Shown: one piece after another, positions 10,781 through 25,000 of the stretch
Position numbering within the stretch: the stretch's first letter is position 1
Layout of the letters: the number at the start of each line of letters is the position of its first letter
Assembly (NCBI RefSeq): GCF_963921235.1
Contig: NC_086108.1
Location: forward strand, 92,692,001-92,756,000
Reading direction: 5' to 3'
Source: Mobula hypostoma
Lineage: Eukaryota
Length of the DNA stretch: 64,000 nucleotides
Notes under the pieces: generated by a model
The model's input: the letters and a program-made list of their open reading frames with translations, nothing else
What the model was told of the DNA's origin: nothing
The model's database searches: none
Translations under genes and position numbers: made by a program

Positions 10781-13223
10781 ACTCAACCTGCAAAAGAAAC
10801 ATGGTAGTAAATTTAAGTTTCCTTTATTTCTTTTGTCTTGGGTTTAGGGGTGAAGGTTTCATGAAGTGAGCTTCATGCGTGGCGTGGGAAGAATTGTTCG
10901 AACTGGTTTGCGTGAGAAAGATAACGATGGTATCGGCGCTTTTTCCCCCTCCTGTATATATTTTTTTAAATGATTGCTGTGTGTTGATGTTAAAATGCTG
11001 AATTAACGCTACGAGTTCATGGGCGGAGGCACTTTTCAGGGTCGCCTCATTTCCAGCTCTATTGTCTGAAGGGGCTTGGGTGCTTTGATGTCGGAGCGAA
11101 TTCCTTGGGGAAGGGAGACCGAATTGTTCGACGCATTTTCCTTATTTTTTTTCCTTATTCAGCAGTATCCCAGAGGAAGGAATTGAGAGGAGGGGGGATG
11201 GTTAAGGGAGAGCTCTTCTGCGCCGTTGACGAATAGTGCGATTTGAATGAAGAGTTTTGATTTAAAGTTGTTGGTGGAATTCGCCCTTGTTCGATTCTGC
11301 AAGCACTTACCGGTCGAGACCATACGTCAACACTTTTATTGAAGTTTCTCCTATGCAATTCGTGGCTTTTATTCGCCACCCAGAAGTTAATGCAGATAGA
11401 TAAAATGCGCCGATCCTGTTTTTGTTTGCCAGGAGTTTGTATTTGAAATAACTGATGTAATAATTATGTCTGGTTTAGATAGACCTGGAGATGTACATTG
11501 ATTTTATTGTGCCATGCGTTAACTACCCTGCGTAGTTGGAGTTGCAAGTTTCATTGCTTCAAAGAATTTTCTAAGTACGTTTATAATAGACGAATGGAAA
11601 AAAAAACAAGCCAGCAAATAAAGAATATCCCAGATGTTTACTCTTTAACGCCTAGATATTACTCTTGAATTGCAAGACTGCCGGATTTCTCCCTACCAGT
11701 TCATACTTCCCAGCAAGACATGTTCATTTAACTTAAGACAGGACCGGAGCGGTATTGATTGGTCGCCCTGCTGCTTCCCTAATTTATAAGAATTGTGTAA
11801 AGACTCACGTTTTTCATGTACTGTACCTCGTGCAGAGGCTATTTCTAAAAACTGGAGTAGCAACTGGGGAAAAATCCGGTCAGCCAGCGTTTAATGAGAA
11901 AATCAGTCAATATTTCTGGTCTGGCCCTTTAGCAATACCTTTGATTTTTATTTTAAAAAAATTTGATCTCCATTTACAATCGATGTGGCTGATTGCACCA
12001 CATGTATGTTTTGTAACGCTTTCTAGCAGTTATATTTATGTCCTGGCGGAGTCAAAGATAAAGAAATACTCGCCAAAAAAAAAGCCAGAATCTTAGGAAC
12101 CAGCTCTTTATGTTAGTTGCATGATCCTTGCATCACAGAGTAGCCTCATTTGATTAGCGACAAGATTTGAAGGTATCGAGCATTTTCCCAAGATATACTT
12201 TTCAGCAATTGTGTTTGCCCTACCAAGCCAATTCCATTTCAAACACTCTGTCATAACTATATTGCAGAACCGTTGTCTTTTAAACTTGCAATGACTTGTG
12301 ACATTGTATGCATTTTTAAAAAGTTACAAGTCTTTTGAATGCGCATTACTTTAGGTATCTTGTTCTGTTTTTGACCTGGAATGAAGGAACAAATTTGAGG
12401 AAGGTACCTTAACAAACACTTCATAGCAAGAATCTCAGTTTTGAGTGGCTTCTTCCTTTGAGTTAACAAGAAAAACATAAGAATGTCGTTATCCAGCTGA
12501 GGTGTTAATATTCAGGGCATGGTGGCCTTATTGATAATACCTTTTAAAAAACATGCATTAACTTTATTGCTTTTATAAGAATTTGAAACCAGTTTTAACT
12601 GAAAACTTAGAAGTATAATTTTACTTTCACATTGAATGCGGTATTTTGCTTTTCAATTCAGTTGGTCGTTTTTGAGGTTGTATCCTGCATTTTGGTTTCT
12701 AAGTGACTCATCAGGATCAGTGGTAGTAAAGGAATGCTGTGCAAGGATAGGCCAATCCATGTACAGGGTGGGAGAGAAACTTGGGCAGTTTAGGGTACAG
12801 TACTGAAAATGGCACATTAGCATAAAACCATAAAGGGATCTAACAAGAATTTGTAGCCTATTCAGCTGGGCAGGGATGTTGATGTGTATTACCCAGTTAA
12901 GGTATTTTGGAATTTTTTTTTAATGAAGTAGAGTGTTTTCCACTTTGTACTGCTACTCCAATCCCATACCAAAGAAAACTAAAATTTGTTCAAAGATTCA
13001 GAGTGACTGTGAAATTGGTACAAAATTATTCGTATAGTCTGGCTTCTAATGAGTCACCTGGGTTTCCATAATTCCAACTCAGCTGTTTTTGCATGGGATT
13101 GGTATTCCTTCTACTATTTTATTTTATTGTGATTTTAAAAATGTTAATTCCTTGACAGGACAGAATACATGTTTTGAAGGATTAGATTTTTGAGGCTGTG
13201 ATACTTTGCAAAGCTCTCAATTA

Positions 13224-13747
13224 CACTCAGTGGCCACGTTATTAGGTATACCTGCACACCTGCTCATCAATGCAAGTATTTAATCAGCAAATCATGTGGC
13301 AGCAACTCCATGCATAAAAGCATGCACACATGGTCAAAAGATACAGTTGTTGTTCAGACTAGACATCAGAATGTGGAAGAAATGTGATTTTGACCGGATA
13401 GTTGGTGCTAGACAGAATATCTCAGAAACTGCTGATCTGGGATTTTCACTCACAAAGGTCTTTAGAATTTAGTGAGAATGGTGCAAAAATAAACAAAGAA
13501 AAACATCCAGTGAGTGGCAGTTCTGTGGGTGAAAACACCTTGTTAATGAGAAAGGTCAGAGGAGACTGGCCAGACAGGTTCATGCTGACAATAACTCAAA
13601 TAACAATGTGTTACAACAGTGGTGTGCAGAAGAGCATCTCTGAGCTCACAATATGTGGAATCTTGTAAAGGGGCTACGGCAGCACAAAGACCACAAAGGT
13701 ACTTCTATAGGTTCCTCCTGTACCGAATAAAGTGTGGTCGCTGAGTA
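13224..13747 (+). mobile_element. Tc1-derived MITE with both TIRs and TA flanks
   Basis: TA|cactcagtggccacgttattaggta ... taccgaataaagtgtggtcgctgagta|TA. The interior resembles a decayed Tc1 transposase N-terminus. Confidence 0.85.
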
Positions 13748-16700
13748 TATGTGGTCAAGGTTACTGTTGAGTTCATGCAACTGGTATAGAATCCTCTCTT
13801 ATTTCTAGGTAGACATGTCAGTTGTTAAATGTACATTCTAAAGTTATTTGTCCTTACACTTTTAATAAAAGCTGGTTTGGTTGTAGATTGAGACAAAATT
13901 AAACTTACTACTCCAAAGAAAATAGTAAGGTCCAAGTTTCTGTTGTGACTGTGCTGATCTAAACCTTGATTAAACTTTTGCTTTTCTTTGGGTGTGTGCT
14001 GGTATCCACACATAATTTCAAATGTATGAGTATTCATCATGCTTTTTAGAAATGAAAATGTTAATGTCCACACAAACTCCTTTATCATGATGAAGGGTCT
14101 TGGCTCGAATCATTGGCGCTTTATTTCTCTCCATAGATGTTGCCTGATCTGAGTTCCTCCAGCATTTTGTGTGTGTTACTTTGGATTTGCAGAATCTCTT
14201 GTGTTTGATATCTTAATGTAATGTCTAGGTAGGCTGGAAGTAGTGGGAGTGTTGGGTTTGATCTCATTAACAAGCTTAGTAATTACCGTGTACTAGAATT
14301 AAATTACACTGAACAATGCACTTGTTCATAACAGCAGCTTTCTTTTGCTGATACCTGCTATTTCATAACTTATTGAAGGTAGGAGTATGTGAGAGACCTC
14401 AATGAACTTCAGGAAAGAAAATCTTTTAAATTTCCAGTTTCCTGTTAAGTATTTTGTTCTTTTAGCAATGAAGCACCAAAAGATGAATCTAAAATGGGTT
14501 TTTGTTTTGTTCTGTTGTAAAACAAGGTGTATAATTTGTTTCTCATGTTTAAGCCTATTTTTATGGTGCAATGTGCCTGTGATGCTGTTGCCTGCACGTT
14601 TTTCATTGCACCTGTGCATACATTTACTGGTGCAGATGCCAATAAACTTGACTTTGACTTTTAATTAAATCTCAGATGGCTGATTTGCAATTTTAGAGTT
14701 TGTCTTTCAAAAAATCATTGAAATTGTCACCCATTCACATCTTTCTATTGGTATGTTGAGACATCAAGCATAGGAATCTGTAATGCACTATATTTCAAAT
14801 AATTATCTGGAGTACGGGAAGGAGGTAGAGGGTGTGGTACAAAAGCAGAGTGTGGTTATGGGGGTACATCAACTCTGACTAATTAAGACCGACTCTACTT
14901 TGGAAAGCACTTCAGTTAGCATTTTTATTTATTTATTGTGATACAGTGCGGAATAGGCCCTTCTGGCCCTACAAGTTGCGCCACCTCCGGGCCCCAGTTC
15001 AAACCTAGCCGAATTATGGGACAACTTGCAGTGATTAATTAACCCACCAACCAGTACGTCTTTGGAATGTTGGATGAAACCCACTGTTGGAGAGAACGTT
15101 CGAACTCCTTACAGACAGCTGTGGTAAATGACTTGGCCTCCAAAGCCATCTGCGGCAATGAACTCCACGGATTCATCACCGTTTGGCTAAAAAAAAATCT
15201 CTCATCTTTGTCTTAAAGGCTGTCCTTCCATTCGGAGGCCATGCCCTCTGGCCCATAACTCCCCCACTACAGGAAGCATCTACTCGATTTAGGCCTTTCA
15301 ATATGCGCTCGGTTTGCAAAGAGATTCCCCCTCGTACTGTAAAATGTGAAGTGAGGATGCATTGTAAAGGAAAACCACATTTAATATTTCAGCCCTAAAC
15401 ACACAATCCTGGGGGATCTCAGTGACTCAGTGGGTCAAGTAGCATCTAAGATTGAGAGTCTTGGTCTGAAACCTTCACTGTTTATTCCTTTCTGTTGATG
15501 CTGTCTGGCTTGCTTAGTTCCTCCAGATTTTGCTTTTTGCTCTAGGTTTCCAGCACCTGTAGAAATCAGTGCCACTCAGTTTGATTGTTAATTGTAATTC
15601 TTAAGAGTGTTCTGTATTTGTCAGTAGGGATCTCTTGTGATGAAGTATCCTCCTAATGGCCAGGTGTTGTGAAGAGCAAATACAACTCCAAGCAAACTAT
15701 CTAATTCTGATGTATTCAACCATTCATGGTTTTAGAAAAGACAGTCTGAATGGTTGACGTTTTAGCCATGCACTTCTAACTATTCGGCAAAGATGTTTGT
15801 CTAGTGTACGACACCAGTTGCTTACAAAATATATTTAGTTGTAGGAGAAACTATGTGCAGGTTGGGTGACTACTCTGAAGGGCACTCCCATTTCTTCAAG
15901 GGGGACTTGAACATTCAAGTGCTTGTCACTTTACTGCTCTGTCCCACTCCACTCTAATGCTGTCTTTGGCCTCCTACACTTCAGGTGAAGCCAAATGTGA
16001 AGTGGAGGAACAGCACTCTTATTTGTCTGGGTTTGCAAAGCTAGGAGCCAATTTTGTGTGTGTCCACTGATGCTGCTTGGTCTGAAAGCTTCCACTTCTG
16101 TTCAGTCTTTTAGCAATTGCTGTACTCTCTCTCTTGCATTTGTAGGTTTAAAAATCTAGCTGTCCTTTTCTATTCTTTAACTGGATGCAGTACACGCAAA
16201 ATGCTGGAGGAACTCAGTAGGTCAGGCAGCATCTATGGAAATGAATAAACAAGTTGTTATATCAGGCCACAACCCCTTTTCAGGACTGAATGACTATGCA
16301 TCACATTAGTCGTCACAGAAATCCCCTCCTGTTTTCTTCATTCCTTTTCCCTTCTCTGCAACTTAAAATTGTTCTCAATTTTCCAGGTGTGATGAAGGGT
16401 ACTAACCTGGTGAAGAGTTTCTCCCTGCTCCGATATTGCCTTACCTACTGAGCAATTTTTTTTCTTGTGTATTTCCAGCATCTTCAGTTCTGATTGTCAG
16501 TTGAGAGTATTTAATTCCTATGCCAACACACATTATGTGGTATCCCATTTTAATACTTCTCTGCTCCTAAAATGTCAAAATTCAAATGATACTTCAAGGT
16601 GTACAAGTTACTTCTCTGGAGAACAAAAAGCAGATGCTCAGAGCAAAATTTTATGAAAAGCACCGTATTGTCACTGTTGCTATTTTGATTTATCATTTTT

Positions 16701-16827
16701 TTTGGGCATCTACCTCCATGAAAGAATGGATCAGAGGATGATGGTAGAACTTAGATACACTGTGTGTGTTATAAGTCAGTCTAGTGCATCCAAAAGACAT
16801 TGCCCAGTTTTCCAAGTTTTGTAGTTA

Positions 16828-17335
16828 GACCATAAAACAAAGGAGCAGAATTAGGCCACTTGGCCCTCTTATCTCTCTCAATCACATTCTCCTGTTTTCT
16901 CCCTATAACCTTTAATGTCCTTGCTAATTAAGAGCTTGTCAACCTCTGCTTTAACTTGGCCTCTACAGCTGTCTGTGGCAATGAATTCCACAGATTCATC
17001 TCCTTTTGGCTAAAGAAATTCATCATCTTTGTTCTAAAATGATGTCCTTCCATTCTTAGGCCATGCCCTCTGGTCCATAACTCCCCTATTAAAGGAAGCG
17101 TCCTCTCCATGTCCAGTCCATTTAGGCCTTTCAGTATGGTAGGTCTCAAAGAGATCTCTCTTCATTCTCCTGATCTCCAGTGAGTACAGGCCTAGAGCCA
17201 TCAAATGCTCCTCTTAACCCTTTCATTCCCAGATTCATTCTCGCAAATGTCCTCTGGACCCTCTCTGATGCTAGCACATCTTTTCTGAGATAAGAGACCC
17301 AAAACTATAGTTCAAGTGTGGTCTGACCAATGTCT
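16828..17335 (-). mobile_element. CR1 LINE 3' fragment (similar remnant at 15130-15335)
   Basis: ILKGLNGLDMER, TRGHGLRMEG and NFFSQKEMNLWNSLPQ. Confidence 0.85.
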
Positions 17336-17614
17336 AAAGACTCGGTTACAATGCTAATTACAAATCACCTTCCCATTCCATTTGATGTGTGCTTTAAATC
17401 TCTGAAATGCAGCTAGCAAATCAACAATTGACTAAATTCTCAGATGCAGTGATCATTGGAAGAACAGTTGTGGCACTATTCTATGAACAAACTTAAAAAC
17501 TGTTTGGATGTTGCTTTCTCTTTCACTGGCTGTTTTTCAGACACGCTTTTCTAGAAAAGTAGGACATGTGATTTTTATTCAGAATCTTTTGACTCTGACC
17601 CATTGGTTTACAAC

Positions 17615-18670
17615 ATTGAATTGAATTGACTTTATTTCTTACATCCTTCACCTACATGGAGTAAAAATCTTTATGTTATGTCTCCATCTAAATGTGCAAA
17701 CATAGTAATTTATAATAAATAGAACAGTCAATGTAAAATAGAATATACTCAAGTCAGCATGAGTTCATCAGTCTGATGGCCTGGTGAAGAAGCTGTCCCA
17801 GAGCCTTTTCCTGGCTTTTATGCTGCGGTACCGCTTCCTGGATGGTAGCAACTGGAATAGATTGTGGTTGGGATGGCTTGGGTCCTCAATGATCCTATAG
17901 GCCCTTTTTACACACCTGTCCTTGTAGATGTCCTGAATCATGGGAAGTTCACAACTGCAGATACACTGTGTTGTCTGCACCACTCTCTGCAGAGTCCTAA
18001 AATTAAGGGAAGTGCAGTTTCCATACCAGGCAGTGATGCAGCCAGTCAGGATATTCTCAATTGTGCCCCTGTAGGAAGTTCTTAGGATTTGGGGGCCCAT
18101 ACCAAACTTTCTCAATTGTCTGAAGTGAAAGAGGTGCTGTTGTGCCTTTTTCACCACACAGCTGGTGCGTACAGACCATGTGAGGTCCTCGGTGATGTGG
18201 ATACCAAAGAACTTGAAGCTGTTTACCCTCTGAATCCCAGATCCATTGATGTCTATAGGGGTTAGCCTGTCTCCATTCCTCCTGTAATCCACAACTAGCT
18301 CCTTTGTTTTTGCGATATTGAGAGGAGAGAGACGTTGTTTTCTTGACACCACTGTGTCAGAGAGATGACTTCTTTCCTGTAGGCTACTTCATTAATGTTT
18401 GAGATAAAGCCAATCAATGTAGTATTGTCGGCAAATTTAATTAGCAGATTAGAGCCGTGGGTGGTGATTCAGTCATGGGTGTACAGGGAGTAAAGGAGGG
18501 GACAGTACGCAGTCCTGAGGGGCTCCTGTATTGAAAGTCAGAGGGTTGGAGGTGAGGGAGCCCGCTCTTACAACGTGCTGGTGATCTGACAGGAAGTCCA
18601 GGATCCAGCTGCACAAGGCAGGGTCAAGGCCAAGGTCTCTGAGCTTCTTGTCAAGCCTGGATGGAACTAT
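17615..18670 (-). mobile_element. Rex1/Babar-like LINE 3' part, fairly well preserved
   Basis: 194-aa ORF LNIAKTKELVVDYRR...FKFFGIHITEDLTWS...DPSHPNHNLFQLLPS, with upstream NTGAPQDCVLSP. (TCAAT)n tail. Confidence 0.9.
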
Positions 18671-18969
18671 GTCCACTTCTGGCATTTCATTTAATCTCCG
18701 AATGGAGTACGAGTATGCCATTGGTGATAAAGGAATTTGTTCTGTCTCAGGGTGCCTGCTTTGATTAATTCATTGTAAAATAACAATCTGTTTTACTGGG
18801 AGAGGTGAATGATATGAGTTGTGTGCTCGGGCTGTTGTTTGTCTATAGGACAACATGTTGTCTTCCTGCTGCATCTTTAAGCAAAACTTTGATGCTTTGA
18901 TATTGCAATGCTAATGAGAGCTTTTGAAATCCAGAATAAAACGTTTTAAACACAACTTAATGATAGGAA

Positions 18970-19157
18970 TCACAAACAAAAGAAAATCTGTAGATGCTGG
19001 AAATCCAAGTAACACACACAAAATGCTGAAGGAACTCAGCAGGTCAGGCACCATCTGATGAAGGACCCTGATGAAGGGTGTTGGCCCCAAATATCGGCTG
19101 TTTACCCTCTTCCATGGATGCTGCCTGGCATGCTGATTTCCTCCAGCATTTTGTTGG
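18970..19157. mobile_element. Fold-back Penelope terminal-repeat derivative
   Basis: Left arm acaaaatgctgaaggaactcagcaggtcaggca is inverted relative to right arm tgcctggcatgctgatttcctccagcattttgt. Central CTGATGAAGGGTGTTGGCCC motif. Confidence 0.8.
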
Positions 19158-19859
19158 TGATAGGAATGTTAAAATTCTGTCAATGTACAGGGGTTTGTAC
19201 GGACCTGTGAAGGAAGTGGGGGAGAAATGTGGAACTTACAATGGATTCTGTCATCAGCAGACTAGAGAGGTAACATATGGCATACCAGATGTTGCTGAGA
19301 AACACTACTCTCTTGAATTTCTGACGTCCATTTAAAAGACATTGGTACGTCAGGAGAAAATGCTTTAACCAGGCCAAGGAGATAGCTTTAAAGAAGAAGC
19401 TCAAGTCTTTAAAAAAAAAATAAATGCATTTAAGTGAGTAATGAAACCAATAGAATTAACGATTTATGCAACATATTGCTATGTTAGCACCACTTGCCAA
19501 GAGAAATGTCAATGAGTAGAAGTTAAGAACATGAAATAGCAGAACTAGATCATTAGTCCTCTCAAGCCTAATGGCTGACATCAAACCCCACCACTGTATC
19601 ACTTCTGTACATTTCTTTACAGTTCCCCACAAAGTTTTATGCACCTAGTGGATCCAGCCAGTTCTCCCCTCCCCACCCCACTGTACTCATTTGCATGACT
19701 GACCTTGTTCTTGCTCTGAATAACTTTTCTTTTATTCCTCAGTTCCTGCCAAGGTGTACCCATGGGCCCCAGTGAAGCCTGTCTTTTCATTGACTCCGTG
19801 AAACAGTCTCTGTTTCAAATCTTGTACCATTTCCCAACTTTTTCCTTTCCTTTGACATT

Positions 19860-21260
19860 TGTACTCCTTTTTTGCAACTGTGTGGAACTCTATCACCTTC
19901 ACCACTAGCATCCACCTTGTCCTCAAATTCACTGGGAGTGTTTCTGCTGCTTGTCTTCCGTTTCTGAATCTATGTCCTTCTAGAGACAAACTATCCAGTG
20001 ACATTTACTATAATTCTCCCCTGAAATCCCATAACTACCCAGACTACAGCTGCTCCCATACCTTCCTCCCAGTTTCTCCATTTACACCCCATCTGTTCTG
20101 AAGATGACATCTGAAATGTCCTTTTTCAGCAAACAGGGCTTCACTTTACTGTGGTCGGTGAACCTCTGCTCGCATTTCCTCCTGACTTCAGCTCTCAGTC
20201 CCTCCATCCAAACAGAACAGATAGTTATCCTAATCTCAAACAAGAGAAAATCTGCAGATGCTGGAAATCCAAGTTGCTTAGTTCTCCTCATCTGCAACTT
20301 TTACCCTACCAGCTTCATCATTTAGCCCATCAGCCTTCATCGTTTCTGCCAGCTGGAATGAGATTCCTTCACCCATTTACATCTTTCGCAAAGACTGCTC
20401 TCTGTGACTCTCTAGTGCACCCTTTCTGACCTCTTGGCACTTTTCCCTGTGGCTATGACACTTCCTCCTCACCACTCTCCAGGGCCTGAAACAGTCCCTC
20501 CTAGCGAAGCAAAAATTCACATGCATCTTGTCCAACCTCACCTAATGTGTACAGTGCAGACCAGGTGACCAGTTTGCAGAGCATGTGTGCTCCTGGCCCT
20601 GCTGAGCTCCCAGTTGCCGATAATTTCAACTCCTCTTCCCATTCCCACATTGATCTATCCATCCTCGGCCTTCTCTGCTGTTTGGATGAGGCCTGATGCA
20701 AGCTAGAACATCTCATTTTCTGCCTGGGTTGTCTGCAACCTGGTAGTATGAACACTGAATTTCCCAGTATCAGGTAATCCTTGCATCCTCTCATTCCACC
20801 TCTGGTCACCTGATTTTGTTTTTCCCTTTACCATATTCCCATCCTCTCCACTTTCAGGTACCATCCACTACCTCCCACATACTTCACCCAATGTACCACA
20901 TCCCTCATCTGGTTCCTTCTGCCCTTCACCTCTCCCTTACATGGTTCCCATTATTATCTTACCAGTTTGCTACTACTCTTTATGCTCCAGTTGTTACCTG
21001 ATCATTCATCTTGTCTCTCTCTACATCACCTCTTTCCTCCTCCCCACCTGGCTTCTTCTGCCCATTACCCCATACCACCCCTCAGCCCATTTATCGGCCC
21101 AGTTTCTCTCCTTCTCTTTATATCCCCTCTCTGCTCTCGGTCCTCACGGAGTGCCTCAACCTGAAGAGTTCTTTACCTCAAGTGGTGCCCCTTGACCTGC
21201 TGAGTTCCCCCAGCTATTTGTTTTGGCTACAGATTTCAGCATCTGCAGTCTGTTGTGTTT
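19860..21260 (+). mobile_element. Old Penelope-like element (RT C-terminus, GIY-YIG remnant, 3' UTR)
   Basis: SIHLVLKFTGSVSAACLPFLNL...SDIYY...SHNYPDYSCSH matches the end of a PLE RT. The segment 20580-20775 aligns by eye with the GIY-YIG region at 26380-26604. Confidence 0.75.
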
Positions 21261-21381
21261 CAAACCTCTATCCTCTTCTATTGTGAGTATTGGTTTATTA
21301 TTGTCACATGTACCAAGATGCAGTGAAAGGGTTGTCTTGTAAAGATCAAATCAGTACACAGTGCATTGAGGTAGCACAAGC

Positions 21382-22004
21382 TGTTGCAGTGTGAACGAGG
21401 TCACTGGAGAGACACAGCTGGTTGGTATACTGTGACTTTTATTGAACAAAATGAGACACTGAAGGAAGAGAGCTGTTCGTCCCAATATTGCATGACATTT
21501 TCTATGCTAAAGATCAAAGGATGATTCTATATTTACATTATATGCAATTCTTCTTATGAATTACATATAATGTTCATACCTCCTTTGCACCCATGCTCCA
21601 TTCCCTCAAAATTTCTTTTTATTCAACATTGTCTGGTCTTTCAATTAACTGCTGTTCCAAGCTCCAGGAATCTATAACACAAAATACTCTGCAGATGCTG
21701 GGGTCAAAGTAACACTCACAACACGCTGGAGGAACTCAGCAGCTCGGGCAGCATCCGTGGAAACAATCAGTCAACGTTTCCACGTTTCAGGCTGGAACCC
21801 TTCGTCAGGACTGAAGAGGGAAGGGGCAGAGGCCCTATAGAGAAGGTGGGGGGAGGGTGGGATGGAGAAGGCTGGAATCTGTTGTCCAAGGCTGCATTTT
21901 AAATTTAATCTACAGTCCACATTCAGGTCAGAGCATTGGTAGCTAAAGTTCACTGCTGAAGCTAATATTTGCTACACACCTCAAGTCCAGAATATGCCCT
22001 AACA
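21382..22004 (-). mobile_element. Probable solo LTR, interrupted by a Penelope terminal-repeat fragment at about 21677-21875
   Basis: TG...CA termini with flanks CAAGC and CAAGG. It splits a host repeat (gaggtagcacaag|gtaaaacaataa). AATAAA on the - strand at about 21437-21442. Confidence 0.6.
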
Positions 22005-25000
22005 CAAGGTAAAACAATAAATCTAAATTTTGTCTTGTTGTTAAGAGTAGAATAATTGTAATAGATGTAATGAGTAGATCTGCGGAGAGTGTTTCAATAT
22101 TCCAGAGGAGCTGTGAGCTGGAGCTTTATATTTGAACCAAGTAAGTGGTGCTGGTATTCATGGGATGGAGATCAGCTTTCTGCTTTGAGGTTGTTTTTTT
22201 GGATTGTTTGATGTATCAGCCTGGCTTTATTTGAAGAAATTTGTGGCCTCCTATGCAGTTGATATATTAAAGAGAATTGAAAGAACAGAATGAACCATTT
22301 GTTGAAGTTGCAGGATTTAACTCAACGTCTGTTGGCATCAAAGGTAAATTTCGCAATGGAAAACAGACTGCTCACTGATTTTCTTTCTTCTAAATCTAGA
22401 ATGCATGCTTTCATGAATTCTGATTTGCTAAGGCCCTTTCATAATCGGGAGGGAGGGGGGAAATCAGAGAGTGGCACTTATTCTAATGGTGGCCATGTTA
22501 TAAGGTCAAAATTTGGAGTATGCAAGCCGATTGGTGTCCATTCCTTAAGCATGAGCATGATTTTCTCGGCTAATGGAGAACAGAGCAAACAATAATGCTG
22601 CACCAAGAACCTTTTGTTGGTACTTTGCCATTTTGACTCAGTATAACTTCTGTGTTTGTGTCCCTTTGTGAAGTATTCCAAAAAACTGGTGGTGCTGCAC
22701 GTCCTGTTGGGACACACTCTCACGAGGGAACAGTCAGATGCCATTTGGGATGTTTCCATAGAAGAGAAATTACCATGATGAAGGCACTTACTGGGTGCAT
22801 TTTATATTTTTCCTCAGCCGCTTTCCCAAGATTCTGATATAATTTTATGATTTCCTCAGAATGTGTGGCTGCCTTTTACCAACATTAACAGTTGGAATTC
22901 TTCCTGTGATCCCAGCCATAATTATGGTTAGTGGTCATTTTCCTTTATGTGATTTATTTCTTCTGTGTAGGACTGCACTGGCCTAATTCCATTTCTGTCT
23001 CTAAAAGAGCAGCCAGTGTGTGCGTGTACAATCACGACTCATCTGTATTTTCCGACCAGGCATCTGCAAAATTCCCGGAAGACTTATCCATTCAGTTCTT
23101 TATCTTCCTCTTGTGACAGTCTGACACTTTTGCCAGGTGAGACCAGCTTTCAGACACTGCACATGCCAGTGGTATTCTCTCTGCGTTGAATGTGCTGACT
23201 CTGCCAAGTCGTGGATTGGTCACAAATTTTAGGCCAACTAATTGTGGTGAAGACTGAAGTGAATGTCTGGAAATCTTTCTTCAAGATCCTTGTGCTGTTG
23301 TGGGATGGAGGAGAATCTGAAGGAAAATGAGGTTTTCCTCTTTAAAAGATGGAATGGGGGGGGGGGAATCAATATCCAGCCAGTCATTTGGATCAAGAGG
23401 GTTTACATACTTGTATTTGTGTCCATGATATTTTATAAGTTCATGAGCCTTAAGGGTAATCTTTTTGGAGAAGATTTTATTTCTCCTAAACCACACTTGT
23501 GGTGTTGTGTTATTTCACAGAATACTAGGTTGGCATCCCTAGTGCCCTGGCCAATATCGATCCTTCCGTCAGTGTCACCAAACTCATTGCTTGCTCTCTC
23601 TGATTGCAATTTAGCTGCAGGGTTTCTTGCATCATATTGCTGACCACATTCCAGAATGTACTTCGGCTGACAGTTTGTTTTCAGGCACCTGAGGCTGTGT
23701 AAGATGTTTCATAAATACAAGGCTATGTTGGCATTGGTTTGAATGCTCTTATTTGTATTTCCTTTAAAGTCCATGTCTGACTTCATAAGCTAAAGCCATG
23801 ACAGAAATTACCATAAAGGATTATATTCAAATTTGTCTTTCTCTACTTGATGTTACGTATACAGCTATACATATATAGCTGCAAAATTAGGATTTGGCTT
23901 CATATTACAGGTTTCCAAATAGTCACATTTAATCCTAGCTTAGAATTATGATATGTATAAATTTGAATTTGGCTCTTCCACTTATTTTCCTTTTCCTACA
24001 GTTCCTGTGTGTCTGTGGGGGTTCCTGAATTTTTCCATTACCAGTTGTTTTGAGTTGGATGCCAGAATCAGATCAAGAACACAATAGCTTGGACACGGCT
24101 GTAAAGAACAATATAAAATGGCATGTTGAGTAGCTTGTATTGTTGACGATTGTGGAGTGCTTTAAACATATTTGAGTATTCAATAAATTTCACAATTATT
24201 GAAAATGTGCTCTTTTGAGGCCTCATTTTTTTCCAAAATATACTCGCACTTTTAAAGAAACTTGTTCTGAGTGTGTTATTTTGACCAAATTTTAGATTTG
24301 CTCTCTTAATCTCTGCTTTCCTCGGTCATTTTCTACAGGCCAAACACCTTGAAACTTTTAATTTGCACACCAGATTATTTTCTCCCGTCTGTATTTTGAT
24401 TGTTTTTTTGAGGTAATGCAGTAAAAGCATGGCCCTCAAACAATTGCAGGAAAGATGAAAACAGAATTTGGCTTTGTGTAACATCCTATCAAAAAACTTG
24501 AAGGTATAGGTTTAAGGTGAGGGGAGAAAGATTTAAAAGAGACCCAAGGGTCAACTTCTTCATGCCAAGGGCGGGGTGTATAGAATGATCTACCAGAGAA
24601 CGTAATTGAGGCAGGTACAATAACATCTAAAAAAAAACTTGGAGAGGAAAAGATTTGAGCAAGGGTCTGCAATATGGGGGTCCATGATCCCTTAATGGTA
24701 TTGGTCCATGGCATAAAAAAGGTTGGAAATCCCTGGTTTATTCAGATGAGGTTAACTTGGATGTGCTCCTTGAGTAGCCTGTTGCTCTGGACCGAAGGTT
24801 CTGTTTCCATCACTGTATTACTCTGGCTCTGTTGCTACTATTGCTACATTGAAATTCTTTTAAAATGTATGGGAGAATTTATATGTCGTCAGTTTTTTGT
24901 AAGTCAGGTCATCTGGGAGTGCCTGTTATGTTTCTGAAGTGGAGGTTTTGACATCAGTTTGAGAATGAGCTGAGCAGTGAATGATTTTTTTAAATTTTAT

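Noticed and set aside
17768..18352. 194-aa ORF as a nested host gene
   Set aside because: It is the RT C-terminal region of a truncated Rex1/Babar-like LINE.
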